DNA of 64,000 nt from the human T2T-CHM13v2.0 reference genome, Homo sapiens. A program made the translations under genes and the position numbers. The stretch lies in assembly GCF_009914755.1 (NCBI RefSeq), contig NC_060927.1. One strand, 5' to 3'. Below, in pieces: positions 1 through 14,746 of this stretch. Position 1 is the first letter of the stretch; every line of letters starts with the position of its first letter. The notes beneath the pieces were generated by a model. That model saw only the letters and a program-made list of their open reading frames with translations, was not told where the DNA came from and made no database searches.

Positions 1-315
1 ATTAATGTATACTCTTTAAATTGTTAAAATACAGCACTGTATTAAGCAAAAAGGAAAACTGTGTCTCCCCAGCTGCATCATCCTATATGTTCAATTCTTC
101 AAAATTAGCTACTGTTAACAGTTCAATGTGTATACTTCCAGCCATTTTAAGTGTGTATATGTTTGTGTCTCTGTATATGTGTGTATGTGTATACATGGGT
201 ATATAAAGGACACACACATATATAATTTATATTCATATTACTACATTTCAATGTTTATCATATAAAAACATATATAGCATATTCTTCTAAAAATATCTTC
301 ATTTAACTCTAAATA

Positions 316-2624
316 CAGGCATACCTCAGAGGTATTATGGGTGTGGTTCCAAGACCACTGCAATAAAGTTAATACAGAATAAAGTGAGTTGCATGACGTT
401 TTTGGTTTCTCGGTTCATACAAAAGTTATGTTTACACTGTACTGTAGTCTATTAAGTGTATAAAAATAATGTAAATAACCTAATTTAAAAATATTTTATA
501 CCTAAAAATGCTAATGGTCATCTGAGACTTCAGTAATTTGTAATATTTTGGCTGGTGGAGGGTCTTTTGTCAGTGTTGATGGCTACTGACTGATCAGGGT
601 GATGGTTGGTAAATTTTGCAGTGGCTGTGTCAATTTCTTAAAATGACACAATAATGAGATTTGCTGCATCAGTTAACTCTTTTACAAAAGATTTCTCTGT
701 AACATGTGATGCTGTTTAATAGCATTTTGCCCACTGTACAACTTCTTTCAAAATTAGAATCAATCCTCTCAAACTCTACCACTGCTTTATCAACTAGTTC
801 ATGTAATACTCTAAAACCTGTGTTGTCACTTCAACAGCGTTCACAGCATCTTCACCAGGAATAGCTTCCATTTCAAGAAACCAGTTTCTTTGTTCATCCA
901 TAAGAAGCAAATCTTCATCTATTCAAGTTATATCATAAGGTTGCAGCAATTCAGTCACATCTTCAGGATCCACTTGGAATTCTAGTTTTCTTACTATTTC
1001 TACCAAATCTGAAGTCACTTCCTTCAGTGAAGTCTTGAATCCCTCTAAGTTATCCATGAGGACTGGAATCAACATCTTCCAAATTTCTATTAGTGTTGAC
1101 ATTTTGACAACAGTCTGTAGCCAATAGATCAAGGAGTAGTTTTAACTTTCAAGTCTTATTATTTAAGGATATCTGTCCCAGCTATGGCCTTACAAAATTT
1201 ATTTCTTAAATAATAAGACTTGAAAGTCAAAACTGTTTAATCTATGGGCTGCAGAATAAATGATGTGTTAGCAGGCATGAAGATAACATTCATCTTTGAA
1301 TGTACAGCCTTATTAATGAGCAATAATATTTTAAAAGGTATCTTTTTTTTACTGAGCAGTAGTTCTCAACAGTGAGCTCAAAATATTTGGTAAACCATGC
1401 TATAAACAGATGTGCTGTCATTCAGGCTTTGTTGTTCCATTTATAGAGCACAGCTAGAGTAGATTTAGCATAATTCTTAAGGACACCAGGATTTTCAGAA
1501 TGATAAATGAGCATTGGCTTCAACTCAAAGTCATCAAATGTATTAACACCTGATAAGATAGTCAGCCTATCCTTTGAAGCCAGGCATTGACTTCTCCTCT
1601 CTAGCTAGGAAAATCTTAGAGGGCATTTTCTACTATAAAGCTGTTTCATCTACATTGAAGATCTGTTATTTGGTATAGCCACCTTCAGCAATGATCTTAG
1701 GCAGATCTTCTGAATTACTTGCTGTAGTTTCTACATCAGCACATGCTGTGTACCTTGCACTTTTACGTCATGGAGCTGGCTTCTTTCTTTCTCTTTCTCA
1801 TGAACCAGCCTCTAACAACTTCAAACTTTACTTCTGCCACTTCTTTGCCTCTTTCAGCCTTCATAGATTTGAAGAGAGAATCTTGTTCTGGCTTTGGCTT
1901 AAGAGAATGTTATGGCTGGTTTGATCTTCTATCCAGACCATTAAACATTCTCCATATCAGCAATAAGGCTGTTTGGCTTTCTTATCATTGATGTATTCAT
2001 TTAAGTAGCTCTTTTAATCTTCTTCAAGAACTTTTCTTTTGCATTCACAACTTAGCTAACTTTTTGTTGCAAGAGGCCTAGCTTCAAGCCTCTCTCAGCT
2101 TTCAATATGCCTTCCTCATTAAGTTTAATCATGTCTAGCTTTTGATTTAGTTGACAGACCTGAAAATCTTTCTTTCATTTGAACACTTAGAGACTATTGT
2201 AGGGTTATTAATTGGTGTAGTTTTAATATTGTTATGTTTCAGGGAATAGGGATGTGGGATGGAGGGAGAGAGATAGGGGAATAGCCAGTCGGTGGAGCTG
2301 TCAGAATATGCACAATATTTATTAAGTTTACCATCTTGTATAGGTGGGATTGCTGTTGCCCCCAAAATAATAATTACAGTAACATCAGTAACATAAAAGA
2401 CCACTGGTCACAGATCACCATGATAGATAGAATAATAATGAAAATGTTTAAAATATTCCAAGAATTACCAAAATATGACACAGAGATACAAAGTGAGCAC
2501 ACGATGTTTGAAAAATGGTGCCAATAGATGCTCAATGCAGGTTTGCCACAAACCTTCAATTTGTATAAAACACAGTATCTGCTAAGTGCAATAAAGCAAA
2601 GTTCAATTAAATGAGATATGTCTG
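316..2624 (-). mobile_element. Tigger1 DNA transposon (pogo/TcMar), near full length, decayed
   Basis: TIR-like ends CAGGCATACCTC (316) and GAGATATGTCTG (ending 2624), each flanked by TA (314-315, 2625-2626). Minus-strand ORF 923-1132 reads LMDNLEGFKTSLKEVTSDLVEIVRKLEFQVDPEDVTELLQ, the Tigger1 transposase C-terminal region. Colinear with the copy at 46822-49219. Confidence 0.95.
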
Positions 2625-2834
2625 TATCTTTAATTTTAATATTTAATGCCAATATATTCAGGTCTACCCTTCTGATTTTTAAAACTGCAACAGATTTTAT
2701 GAATATAATCTGATTTATTTAATTATTTAAATAAAAGGATTATTTTTAAAAAGTTCTACCTTTGTTCTTAGAAATCATTCAAGGAAGAATAAAGTGAAAT
2801 ATTTTCATTTGAAGTATTGTAAGTGAAAAGCTTA

Positions 2835-3602
2835 CCAATGTGTAATTCTGCACCCTGGGAAAATATTCTTCAAAACTGAAGAAATAAAGACTTTTTCAGA
2901 CAAATATCATTAAAAATATTGTTGCCAGGAGACCTTACTAGTAAGAAATGATAAAAAGAATCTCTTATGAGACAGGAAAATTGATAGAGGTCAGGAACTC
3001 AGATCTACATAAAGAAAAAAGGCATTAGAGAAGGAATAAGTGAAGATAAATAATATCTTTTATAATTTCTTTAAACCTCATGAACCAACAACCTCTGCTG
3101 GATATTTTTATTTTTCTTATTCTTAATTGATATAACAGATAAGAGTTTGTCCAAAATAATAATAGCAACCAGGTATTTAAATATATATATGCTTATATAC
3201 AAGTGATATGAATGACAGAAATGATATAGGGAGGAGAGAAAGGAATTCAGATTATTTTATTATTATAAGGTACTTATAGTTCCTCTCAAGCAATGTAAAA
3301 TTATTTGAAAATATACTTGGATTAGTTATAAATATATATTGAAAACTCTAGGACAGCCGCTAAAAAATGTAAAAGAAGAAAGCATAATTAATATACTAGA
3401 AAACAGAAAATGTAATAATATAATGCTTAATTAAAACCACAGCAGAAAAATTGTGGAAGACAAAATGAGAACAAAGAACAAGGGCAACAAATGGAAAACG
3501 GTAACAAAATTGGTACATATTAATCCAACTATATCAATATATGTTGGCTACAAAAAAACCCACTTTAATTATTGACACATGTAAATTAAAAGAAAAGGAA
3601 TG
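2835..3602 (+). mobile_element. Old L1 fragment (ORF1 end, inter-ORF region, ORF2 start), L1MC-type
   Basis: Colinear similarity to 5190-6050, e.g. CTTATTCTTAATTGAT, ACAAAGAACAAGG, ATATTAATCCA.CTATATCA. Confidence 0.8.
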
Positions 3603-6600
3603 GACTTTCGGTTTCTGGTCTGGCATGTAAGAAGAGTACAAGTAAAAAGTGAAACAAACTGAAAAGTCAACAATGTTTTGTAGATTCAGCAAAGACGCGA
3701 GGTCACAGGGCAAACCACTGCCACAAAAATTAAAGAGAAAGGTTGATACAAAGAACTAAAACTTACTAGAGCAGAAACTCAGACAACTTGCAACCTCCTC
3801 CGGAACCAGTGCTGGGTAGGAAAACCTGAACTGTAATTGACAAATTGCTTGAAGCTCAGTGTAGGCAATTCTTGAGAGTTAAAATCTTCCGGTGGACCCA
3901 GTCACAGTGACCCCACTTTTTTTGTAAGTTTCACCTCCAGGAGCTTTATCTCACAGTGAATATCAGAGTTAAAAAACCCATCTTGCTTCTAGTCAAAGGG
4001 GACATGGGGTAGGAGGAGAGAAGAACCATCTTGAAATATACCAGAGCATTCCGTTCTTGTTAACAAGATCTGTCCTTAGGAGAAATTATTCAGGCAGAAC
4101 CTCACCTCTGAAGTTTTACCGGAGCCTAATCTACCTGAGGAAAGGGAAATACCCATCTCCACACCCTCCAGGCATCTGGTCACACCTGAAGGGGTGGAAA
4201 AAAAAAAGTGGGGAGGCACAGGTGAAGATCATCTTTCCAAAGCACAAGGTCACCCAAAGATAGAGACCTAATCGTGGTCACCGAAAGAGGGAGACCTAGT
4301 TGTGGAAGTACAGAATACCTTCCTTCACACCTTACCACCACATTACTAAAAGCCTATTTACAAGGTTGCTTTATCTAGTACATCAAGTCTGGCTTTCAGC
4401 AAACAATTACAAGGCATACCAAAAGGCAAAAAACGGAGTTTGAGGAGACCGAAGAAGCGTCAGAATCAGAATAATGTGACTGTGACAGAAGTGTTGGAAT
4501 TATCAAACCAGAAATTTTGAAAAACTAAGCTTAAGCTGTTAAGGTCTTTTAGTGGAAAACACAGGAGACATGCAAGAACAGATGGAAAATGTAAGTGAAG
4601 CGATGTAATCAAAAAGGAGTGCTGGGACCAAAAGCATTGTAACAAAGGGAAGAATGTCCTTATTGGACTAATTTGTAGACTGGACAAAGCTGAGAAAATA
4701 ATGTCAGCTTGAGAATATTATAATAAAAAACTTCTAAGACTGAAAAGCAAAGAGGACAAAAACCCTGCAAAAAAAGCAGAACAAAATATTGAAGAACTAT
4801 AGAACAACTACAAAAGGTACAACACACACAAAATAAAATTTCAGAAAGAGAAGAGAAAAGGAAGAAGATAAATATATGAAACATAAATGAGTGAGGATTT
4901 TCAGCAAATTAATGTCAGATACCAAACTACAAATCAAGCATGTTTGAAAAACACCAAGCAGAAAAAAATGTCAGACATAGACTACATCTAGATATAACAT
5001 GTTCAAACATAAGAAAAAAAAAATCTTGAAAAGCCAGGAGGGGCTCAGTGGTGAGGGTGGAGGGTGGTGGGGGCTGGAAGCTTCCTTACAGAGAAGCAAC
5101 AAAGATAAGAATTACATCCAACTTCTTCTCAGGAACCATGCAAGTAAAAAGAGAATGTAGTAAAATATTTAAAATGTTGAGAGAAAAACCCACCAACCTA
5201 GAATTTTATAACCTGCAAGAATTTTTCAAAAGTAAAAGTAAAATACTTTCTCAAACAAAAATTGAGAGATTTATCATTAGCAGAACAGCCTTTGAAGAAT
5301 AATTAAAAGAAGTTATTTAAAGAGTATAACAATGACATAAAGCAGATACTTGGATCTACATAAAAAAAGGAAGAAAACTGGGGGAGAAATAAGTGAAGGT
5401 AACAAAACTTATTTGTCTTATTCTTAATTGATCTAAGACATAAGTTCAAAATAATAGCAACAACATATTGGGAGATAATACATATATATGTATATATGTA
5501 GGTATCCTTAAGTATAAATGAAATGAATGACAGCAATGATATAAGCACAAGAAGAGAGGAATTGGTAAGATTTTGTTATTATAAGTCACTAGAATTACCC
5601 ATGAAGCTGTGTAGTGTTGTTTAAAAACAGATTTGAATTAGTTGTAAATGTATGTTGCGAGTTGTAGGGCAAGCAACCAAAAAAGGTAAAAACTATTGAT
5701 ATATGCCAAGAAAGGAGAGAAAATTGAATCACATAAAATGCTCAGTTCAAACCACATAAAGCAGAAAAAGTATGGAAGATAAAATAGAAACAAAGAACAA
5801 GGAAATCAAATGGAAAATAGTACAAATATGGAAGATATTAATCCAGCTATATCAGTAATAACCTTGAGCGTCAGTGGTCTAAATATACAAATTACAAGAC
5901 AGATTTAACAAATTACAAGTCAGAATGGATTACAAAATATACAAATTACAAGTCAGAATTGATTAAAAAAAATAAGACCCAGCAATATGTTCTCGAGAAG
6001 AACCCACTTTAAATATAAAAATATAGTGAGATTAAAACTAAATGGGTGGAGAAAGGTATAAAATTCTAAGACTAAAGAAAGTAGAAGTAGCTATATTAAT
6101 TTCGTACAGAGCCAACTTCACAGCAAGGAAACTTATCATGAATGAAAGAGGCATTACACAATGAGAAAGGGATCAAAAGTATACAGGTTGGAAACAAGGA
6201 AATAAAACTGTCTTTGTTCACAGAGGACATTCTTGCTTATGTAGAAAACCTGAAGAAATTGACAAATAAACCTCTGGAACTAATAAGCATTTATAGCAAG
6301 GTAGCAGCATACAATATTAATATACATGTATCATCTCTTTTCTAAATACCAGCTATGAATAAGTGAAATTTGAAATTTAAAACCATACCATTATATTATC
6401 ACACCCTCAAAATGAAATCCTGAGGTGTAAATCAAATAAAGTATGTGCAAGATGAATACAAAACACACTACAAAACTCTGATAAAATAAGTTATAAAGCT
6501 ACATAAATGGAGATATACTACATTTTCATTGATAGAAAGATTTTCAATATTGTGATGACATCAGTTTTTCCCAAAATGATCTGTAGATTCAGTGTAATCC

Positions 6601-8322
6601 CAATCAAAATTGCAGCAAGTTATTTTGTGGATTCAAAAAAATTGATTCTAAAGTTTTTATATTTTATTTTTTATTTTAAATAAGAAGCCAAAGACCTAGA
6701 ATAGCTAACAAGATATTCCAGAATAACAAACTTGTAGTACTGTACTACCTAACTTCAAGTCTTACTATACAGCTACATTAATCAAGACAATGTGGTACTG
6801 GCAAAAGGATAAAAATACCAATCAATGAACAGAATAGAGAGCCCAGAAAGAGACCCACATAAATATAGTCAACCGATCCGTGACAAAAGAACAAAGGCAA
6901 TGTAATGAAGAAAAGACAGTTTACCATCTGTACAGGAACAACTGAATATTTACATGTGAAAAAGAAATAATCACAAGTTTTGCATCCTTTACAAATACTA
7001 GCTCAAATAGATCACAGTTCTAAATGTAAAACACAAAATTATAAAACTTCCAGAAAATAACATAAAAGAAAATCTAGGTGGTCTATGGTTTGTTGATTAC
7101 ATTTTAGATACAACACCAAAGGCATAATCTATAAAATAAATAATTTATAAGCTGGAAGTCACTAAAATTTAAAATGTTCTGTGAAAGATACTATGAGAGA
7201 ATAAAAAGAGAATCCACAGACTAGTAGAAAATATTTGAAAATGCCATATCTAATAAAAGATTTGTATTCAAAGTGTAAAAAGCAGTCTTAAAACTCAACA
7301 ATAACAAAAATGACCTGATTAAAAAATAGGCCAAAGGCCTTAAGAGCACCCCACCCAATAAGATCTACAGATGGCAAATAAGCATGTGAAAAGATGCTCC
7401 ACAGCATATGAAATGCAAATTAAAACAACAGAGATACTTCTACATGTCTACTGGAATGGCCACAATTCAGAACATTGTCAACAAAAATGCTGGTGAGGAT
7501 ATGGAACAACAGAAACTCTCATTCATTGCTGCTGGGAATGCAAAGTGGTACAGTCACTTCAGAAGACAGTTTGGCAGTTTCTTACAAAATGAAACATACT
7601 CTTAATATATGTTTTAGTAATCACACACTTTGATATTAACCCAAAGGAGTAGATAACATGTTCACACAAAAACCTGCACATAGATGGCCATTGTAGCTTT
7701 GTTCATAATTGCCAGACTGTGAAAGCAATCACTTGTCCTTTAGGAGGCAAATGAATAAATAAACTATTGTACATACAGACAATAAAATAGTATTCAGTGA
7801 TAAAAATAAACTATCAAGCCATGAAAAGACATGAAGAATACTTAAACACATATTACTAAGTAAGAGAGGCTGATCTAAAAAAACTAGACCCTATGTGACT
7901 CCAACTGTATGACATTCTGGAAAAGGAAAAAATATGGAGACAATAAAAATATCAGTAGTTGCAATGAATTAGGGAGTAGCAACAGATGAATAGGTGGAGC
8001 ACAGAGAATTATTAGAGCAGTGAAAATACTCTGTATGATGCTATAATGGTGGATACATGTTATTATGCATTTGCCCAAACCCGTATAATGTATAATACCA
8101 AGAGTGAACCCTGATAAAAACTACAAGCTTTGGGTGATAATGATGTGTCAACAGAGGCTTAGGTTTATCAATTGTAACAGATGTACCACTGAAGTGTAGT
8201 TGTTGACAATGTAACAGTCTATGCATGTACGGATATAAAGGGGTATGTGGAAAATCTCTGTACCTTGTGCTAAATTTTGTAGTGAACCTAAAACCCTTTT
8301 AAAAATACAGTCTATTTAAAAA
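3603..8322 (+). mobile_element. L1MC1-like LINE-1 from 5'UTR to 3'UTR, with a large internal ORF2 deletion
   Basis: ORF1 remnant 5048-5302 (IRITSNFFSGTMQVKRECSKIFKMLREK). RT remnant IKLSLFTEDILAYVENL (6142-6345). ORF2 C-terminal remnant KWYSHFRRQFGSFL. L1MC1-type 3'UTR (CCAAGAGTGAACCCT...GTGAACCTAAAAC). Confidence 0.88.
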
Positions 8323-8479
8323 TGCAGAAACCACAAGTGAATATATTTAAAAATTTTATTCTAAGAATGATACAATTTACCATATAAAGGATAGTAACAA
8401 ACTCAGTAGAAAAGATCCCAGTTAAAAAGTCAGGAAGGTTGATCCATTGACCTATCCTATAAATACACTTTGCTTCCAA

Positions 8480-10520
<2,041 letters not shown>

Positions 10521-12019
10521 TTCTTGTCATAAAACAAAAGTTTGATAAAATTGGAAAACATATTGCAAACCAATAAAAATGTCCAGCACATACAACAAGC
10601 AGGTGTTTAAGGTCATTAGTACATTGTATTTATTGAGAAATAAAAATCACAATAAGAAAATGGAGAAAAGACCCAAAAAGTTTGTGAAAGAAAAGAAATG
10701 AAAACATAAAAATGTTCAATTTTAACAGTAAGTTAAGAACATTCTATACCATTGTTATCTATTAAAAAGTTTTTTTTTAAAGGAGTCTATTTTACACAGT
10801 GGGTTACTCTGAAGGATAGAGTCTATATTGAATAACATTACTGAAAAACAATTTTCAGGATTTAAAAAATTCTCTTAATAATGTGTATATATTTTTAACA
10901 TGGTCATTCTACTCGCAGAATGTATCCTAAGAAAATGATAAGAGCTGGATACTGTTGTAAATAATGAAGGGTTTTTACATACTTTCTGGCTACAATGATC
11001 ATGCTTGTAATCTTGGACTCTTAAAACTAAATAGCCAGTGATGTGAATTGGTGAATATATTAGGAAACACTGTAAACGGTATATGAATGCTTAAGCATGT
11101 TTATCTGTGAGAGACCTTCAGATAGTATTATTTTCCATATCATTTTGCGAAATTTCTGAAAGTCTGTCTCCCATACCTCTGTTTTCCACAGCAGTGCAAT
11201 TTTTTTTCTGCTTTCAACACAACTTGCATTCTATTAGAGCTCCATTAAAAACCCATTCTCCATGAGTCCAGATTTTCTATAGCTCCATGTCTGTAGAGAG
11301 AAAACCTCCAGGACCTTGTGGATGGAGAAGAAATAGCTAGCTTTAAAATATAATGGACCAATATGAATGGACTAAACCATTTTGTTTAAGGAATCTGGGT
11401 GAATTCCCTCAGGTTCAATTTGTGTGCCTCAGCCCTGCCTCCCGATAGACCTAGTGTGTGAAACAATAAATCTTTCTCTAGTTCTGCAGGAAGATTCTGC
11501 TTCCTTCATCTTCCCCTTGGTGGACACTTCAGTTTCAGCCTGTATGCTTTTTGAATTGAGGTGATGTTATTTGAATAATAATTACAAAATTAGCATGAGG
11601 GAGGAGAGCTGACAGTGAATTTTGTGGCATCCTTTAGGCTTATGTCTCTCCCTTGCCCCAGGATTAAGAGCGGTGTTGCTTCTTACCACACACAGCTTCT
11701 CTTCCACCCTACTACAATAATGGCCAGCTCCTTGCAAAGAGGACATCTCTGCATACTCACTAGGTAAGCTAGGCTTCTCTGACAGTCCATGAATTTCACA
11801 CCAGCTTCAGAGAAACTCTTGAGATTTAATCTTGCTATTTAAAGCAAGGCTCCATTGGACTTGCCAATCAGAATACTACCTACTTTGAAGTAGCCTTCTT
11901 TTAACAGTTTGAACTGTGTGGTTCTATATTTTTTTAAAAAATAGATGGATAGCTGGCTTGGGAATATATAAGAGGTATGTTCTATAGGATGGTGATACGT
12001 AGGGTTATGATTTGGGGTG

Positions 12020-12500
12020 TGTAGCAGACTGCCAGTGCTGCACCCAGTTCCCTTTGAGCCAGGTTTTGATCACTTTAGTGCATCCTCCAGGTTGGTTGTG
12101 CTTTCCCTCCCAAAAGCCAGCACCTATGACTCGTTGTCAGTGGACTGCCATCAGGCTGTTATAGCCTGTTTTGCCTAAATGGGTAGAGACTGAGAAGTGC
12201 CTAGGGATTTCATTCCCCTGAGCTGGCCCCTAGCCAATGACTGCTGATGCAAGTGTATGAAAGCACAATTCCCTTGCATTGTGTCAGTATAACTGATGCA
12301 CACCCTACACTTCTCAATTCTCCTATGGGATAGGGCTGCAGCTATTCCTCATGGAATTCTGACTGAGATTGCACCATTGATTGCCTTACTGTGCTTCCCT
12401 GTACTTCTCCCTAACTCTCTAATGTTCATGGTAGCACTCCTTAATACATTGCTTGCATAAAGATCTCAAGTGCTGGTTCTCAAGAACTTCACCCGAGATG
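12020..12500 (+). mobile_element. Solo ERVL LTR, LTR16 family
   Basis: Starts TGTAGCAGAC. Contains AGCCAATGACTGCTGATG, CCCTTGC, GGGATAGGGCTG and AGCACTCCTTAATACATTGCTTGCA, matching the recalled LTR16 consensus layout. Confidence 0.7.
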
Positions 12501-12800
12501 TAAGGAATTTATTTAGTTTACTTTCTTATTTCATATAATAAAAGAGCATATGTTAATTTTAAAGTGAAATTGTACTTCTGCATCAACTTCCTTTATAAGT
12601 GAAAGCACTTCTAATGATATAATACCTACTGGGTTTTGAGAGGAAATGGTTTCATTGCAAAGCTCCAACAATAGGGAAGGCAACAAAAAGACATTCTCAG
12701 ATGTATAAGTATTTAGAAAATATGGCATCTGTATATTATTCTTTGAAAATTTTCCTGATGTCATAACCTTTTCTCCTATGAAATAGAATAAATAGAATTT

Positions 12801-13086
12801 GGCCAGGCGCGGTGGCTAATGCCTATAATCCCAGCACTTTGGGAGGCCAAGGCAGGCGGATCACCAGGATTTCGAGACTAGCCTGGCCAACATGGTGAAA
12901 ACCCCGCCTCCACTAAAAATACAAAAATTAGCAGAGTGTGGTGGCACATGCCTGTAATCCTAGCTACTCGGGAGGCTAAGGCACGCGAATAGCTTGAACC
13001 CAGGAGGTGGAGGTTGCAGTGAGCCAATGTGGTGCCACGGCACTCCAGCCTGGGCAACAGAGTGAGACACTGTCTCAAAAAAAAAA
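12801..13086 (+). mobile_element. AluS element
   Basis: GGCCAGGCGCGGTGGCT start, A5TACA5 linker, A tail, short deletion after GGATCACC. Confidence 0.95.
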
Positions 13087-13118
13087 TTTTTTTTTGAATT
13101 CAAGAATATCAAGAATAG

Positions 13119-13446
<328 letters not shown>

Positions 13447-13514
13447 TGTAGTAGGTATGTTTTAAAAACTTATTCATCAAGCAGATTGGAAAGAAGAAAA
13501 CAGAATGTTCTGGT

Positions 13515-13690
13515 CATTCAGTACATTTTATTATTAAATGCCGCAATATACCTGGCAGGCACTGCTACATCAGGAATACAATGTTGAGCAAATAAACATA
13601 GGTCCTGCTCTTATGAATCTTACGTTTTAGTGAAGGAGATAAACATTAATTATAAGAATAAATATTAAATTATACCTGTCCTAGACACTG
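13515..13690 (-). mobile_element. L2 3' end fragment
   Basis: CATTCA...TTTATT...GGCACTG...GGTCCTGCTCTTATGAATCTTAC pattern typical of the antisense L2 tail. Confidence 0.6.
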
Positions 13691-13894
13691 TAATATAAAA
13701 TTTGGCCTAATAAATTCAAGGACAAATATAAATTCCTCACAATTCCCTTTACCTTCTATGCTAGTTACTTATAGCTGATATCTACAAAACTACCCAAGAA
13801 TTCTGACACAATACCTTGTTGATCATCAAAGGAGGGTTATACTGACATTCATTATAATGCTACGTGAGCTGTATTTCCGTCCCCAGAAATTGAC

Positions 13895-14240
13895 GAACAC
13901 TGATGTTAAAGTCATCATTACCACCAATCACCAGATCCAATAATCTCTTTTCACAAGCCTTCAGTATTTCACACCACTGACTCCTTACTTGAGAATTTTT
14001 TCTCTTTTGACTTCACTTGTACTGTGCTCTTCCCATTTTTCTTTGAGCTTCCTGACTGAATCTTCTTCTTTCCCTCTGGGTGTTTCCCAAAGACTTCCAC
14101 TCTTCCTCTTGCTACGTTCTCGCTTAGCAATATTATGACTTCAAGTGGCATCTCCAAGAAAGAATTCCTATCTTCCCAAGCTGTCTGCAGCCCTCACCTC
14201 TCTCCAGTGTTTCATCTAGAAGCCTGTCTGTGTGGATATC
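13895..14240 (+). mobile_element. L2 internal fragment
   Basis: Pyrimidine-rich L2-like motifs (CAGATCCAAT, CAGCCCTCACCTCTCTCC). Confidence 0.45.
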
Positions 14241-14540
14241 AAATATAGAAATTTACAACCTGTATTGTTGAAGTCCACCATTGCTATTAAAAATTTTACT
14301 TTTTTTCCAGTAACATTTCCTCAAAATTGTTATTGCAATGTTCGTTCTTTCTTATATATTTTTTCTTATTTTTTTGTAATTATCTGTCATAGACTTTGTC
14401 CTTAATACTACATTGTATCTTATTTCTGCGTGTGTATACATATCACACACACAGAAATAAGATACAACCTATTATATATGTTTGTGTGTGTGTATTTATA
14501 CACATACAAACACATTAACATATATGTTAATAATATATGT

Positions 14541-14746
14541 AAGTTTTATATATATATTTATATATATGTTTTATATATATTTATATATATAAGTTTTATA
14601 TATATATTTATATATATGTTTTATATATATTTATATATATAAGTTTTATATATATTTATATATATAAGTTTTATATATATTTACATATATATAAGTTTTA
14701 TATATATTTACATATATATAAGTTTTATATATATATATAAAACTTA
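14541..14746. repeat. TA-rich minisatellite (50-bp unit twice, then 25-27-bp units) ending in a perfect palindrome
   Basis: AAGTTTT recurs at 14541, 14591, 14641, 14666, 14693 and 14720. Confidence 0.95.
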
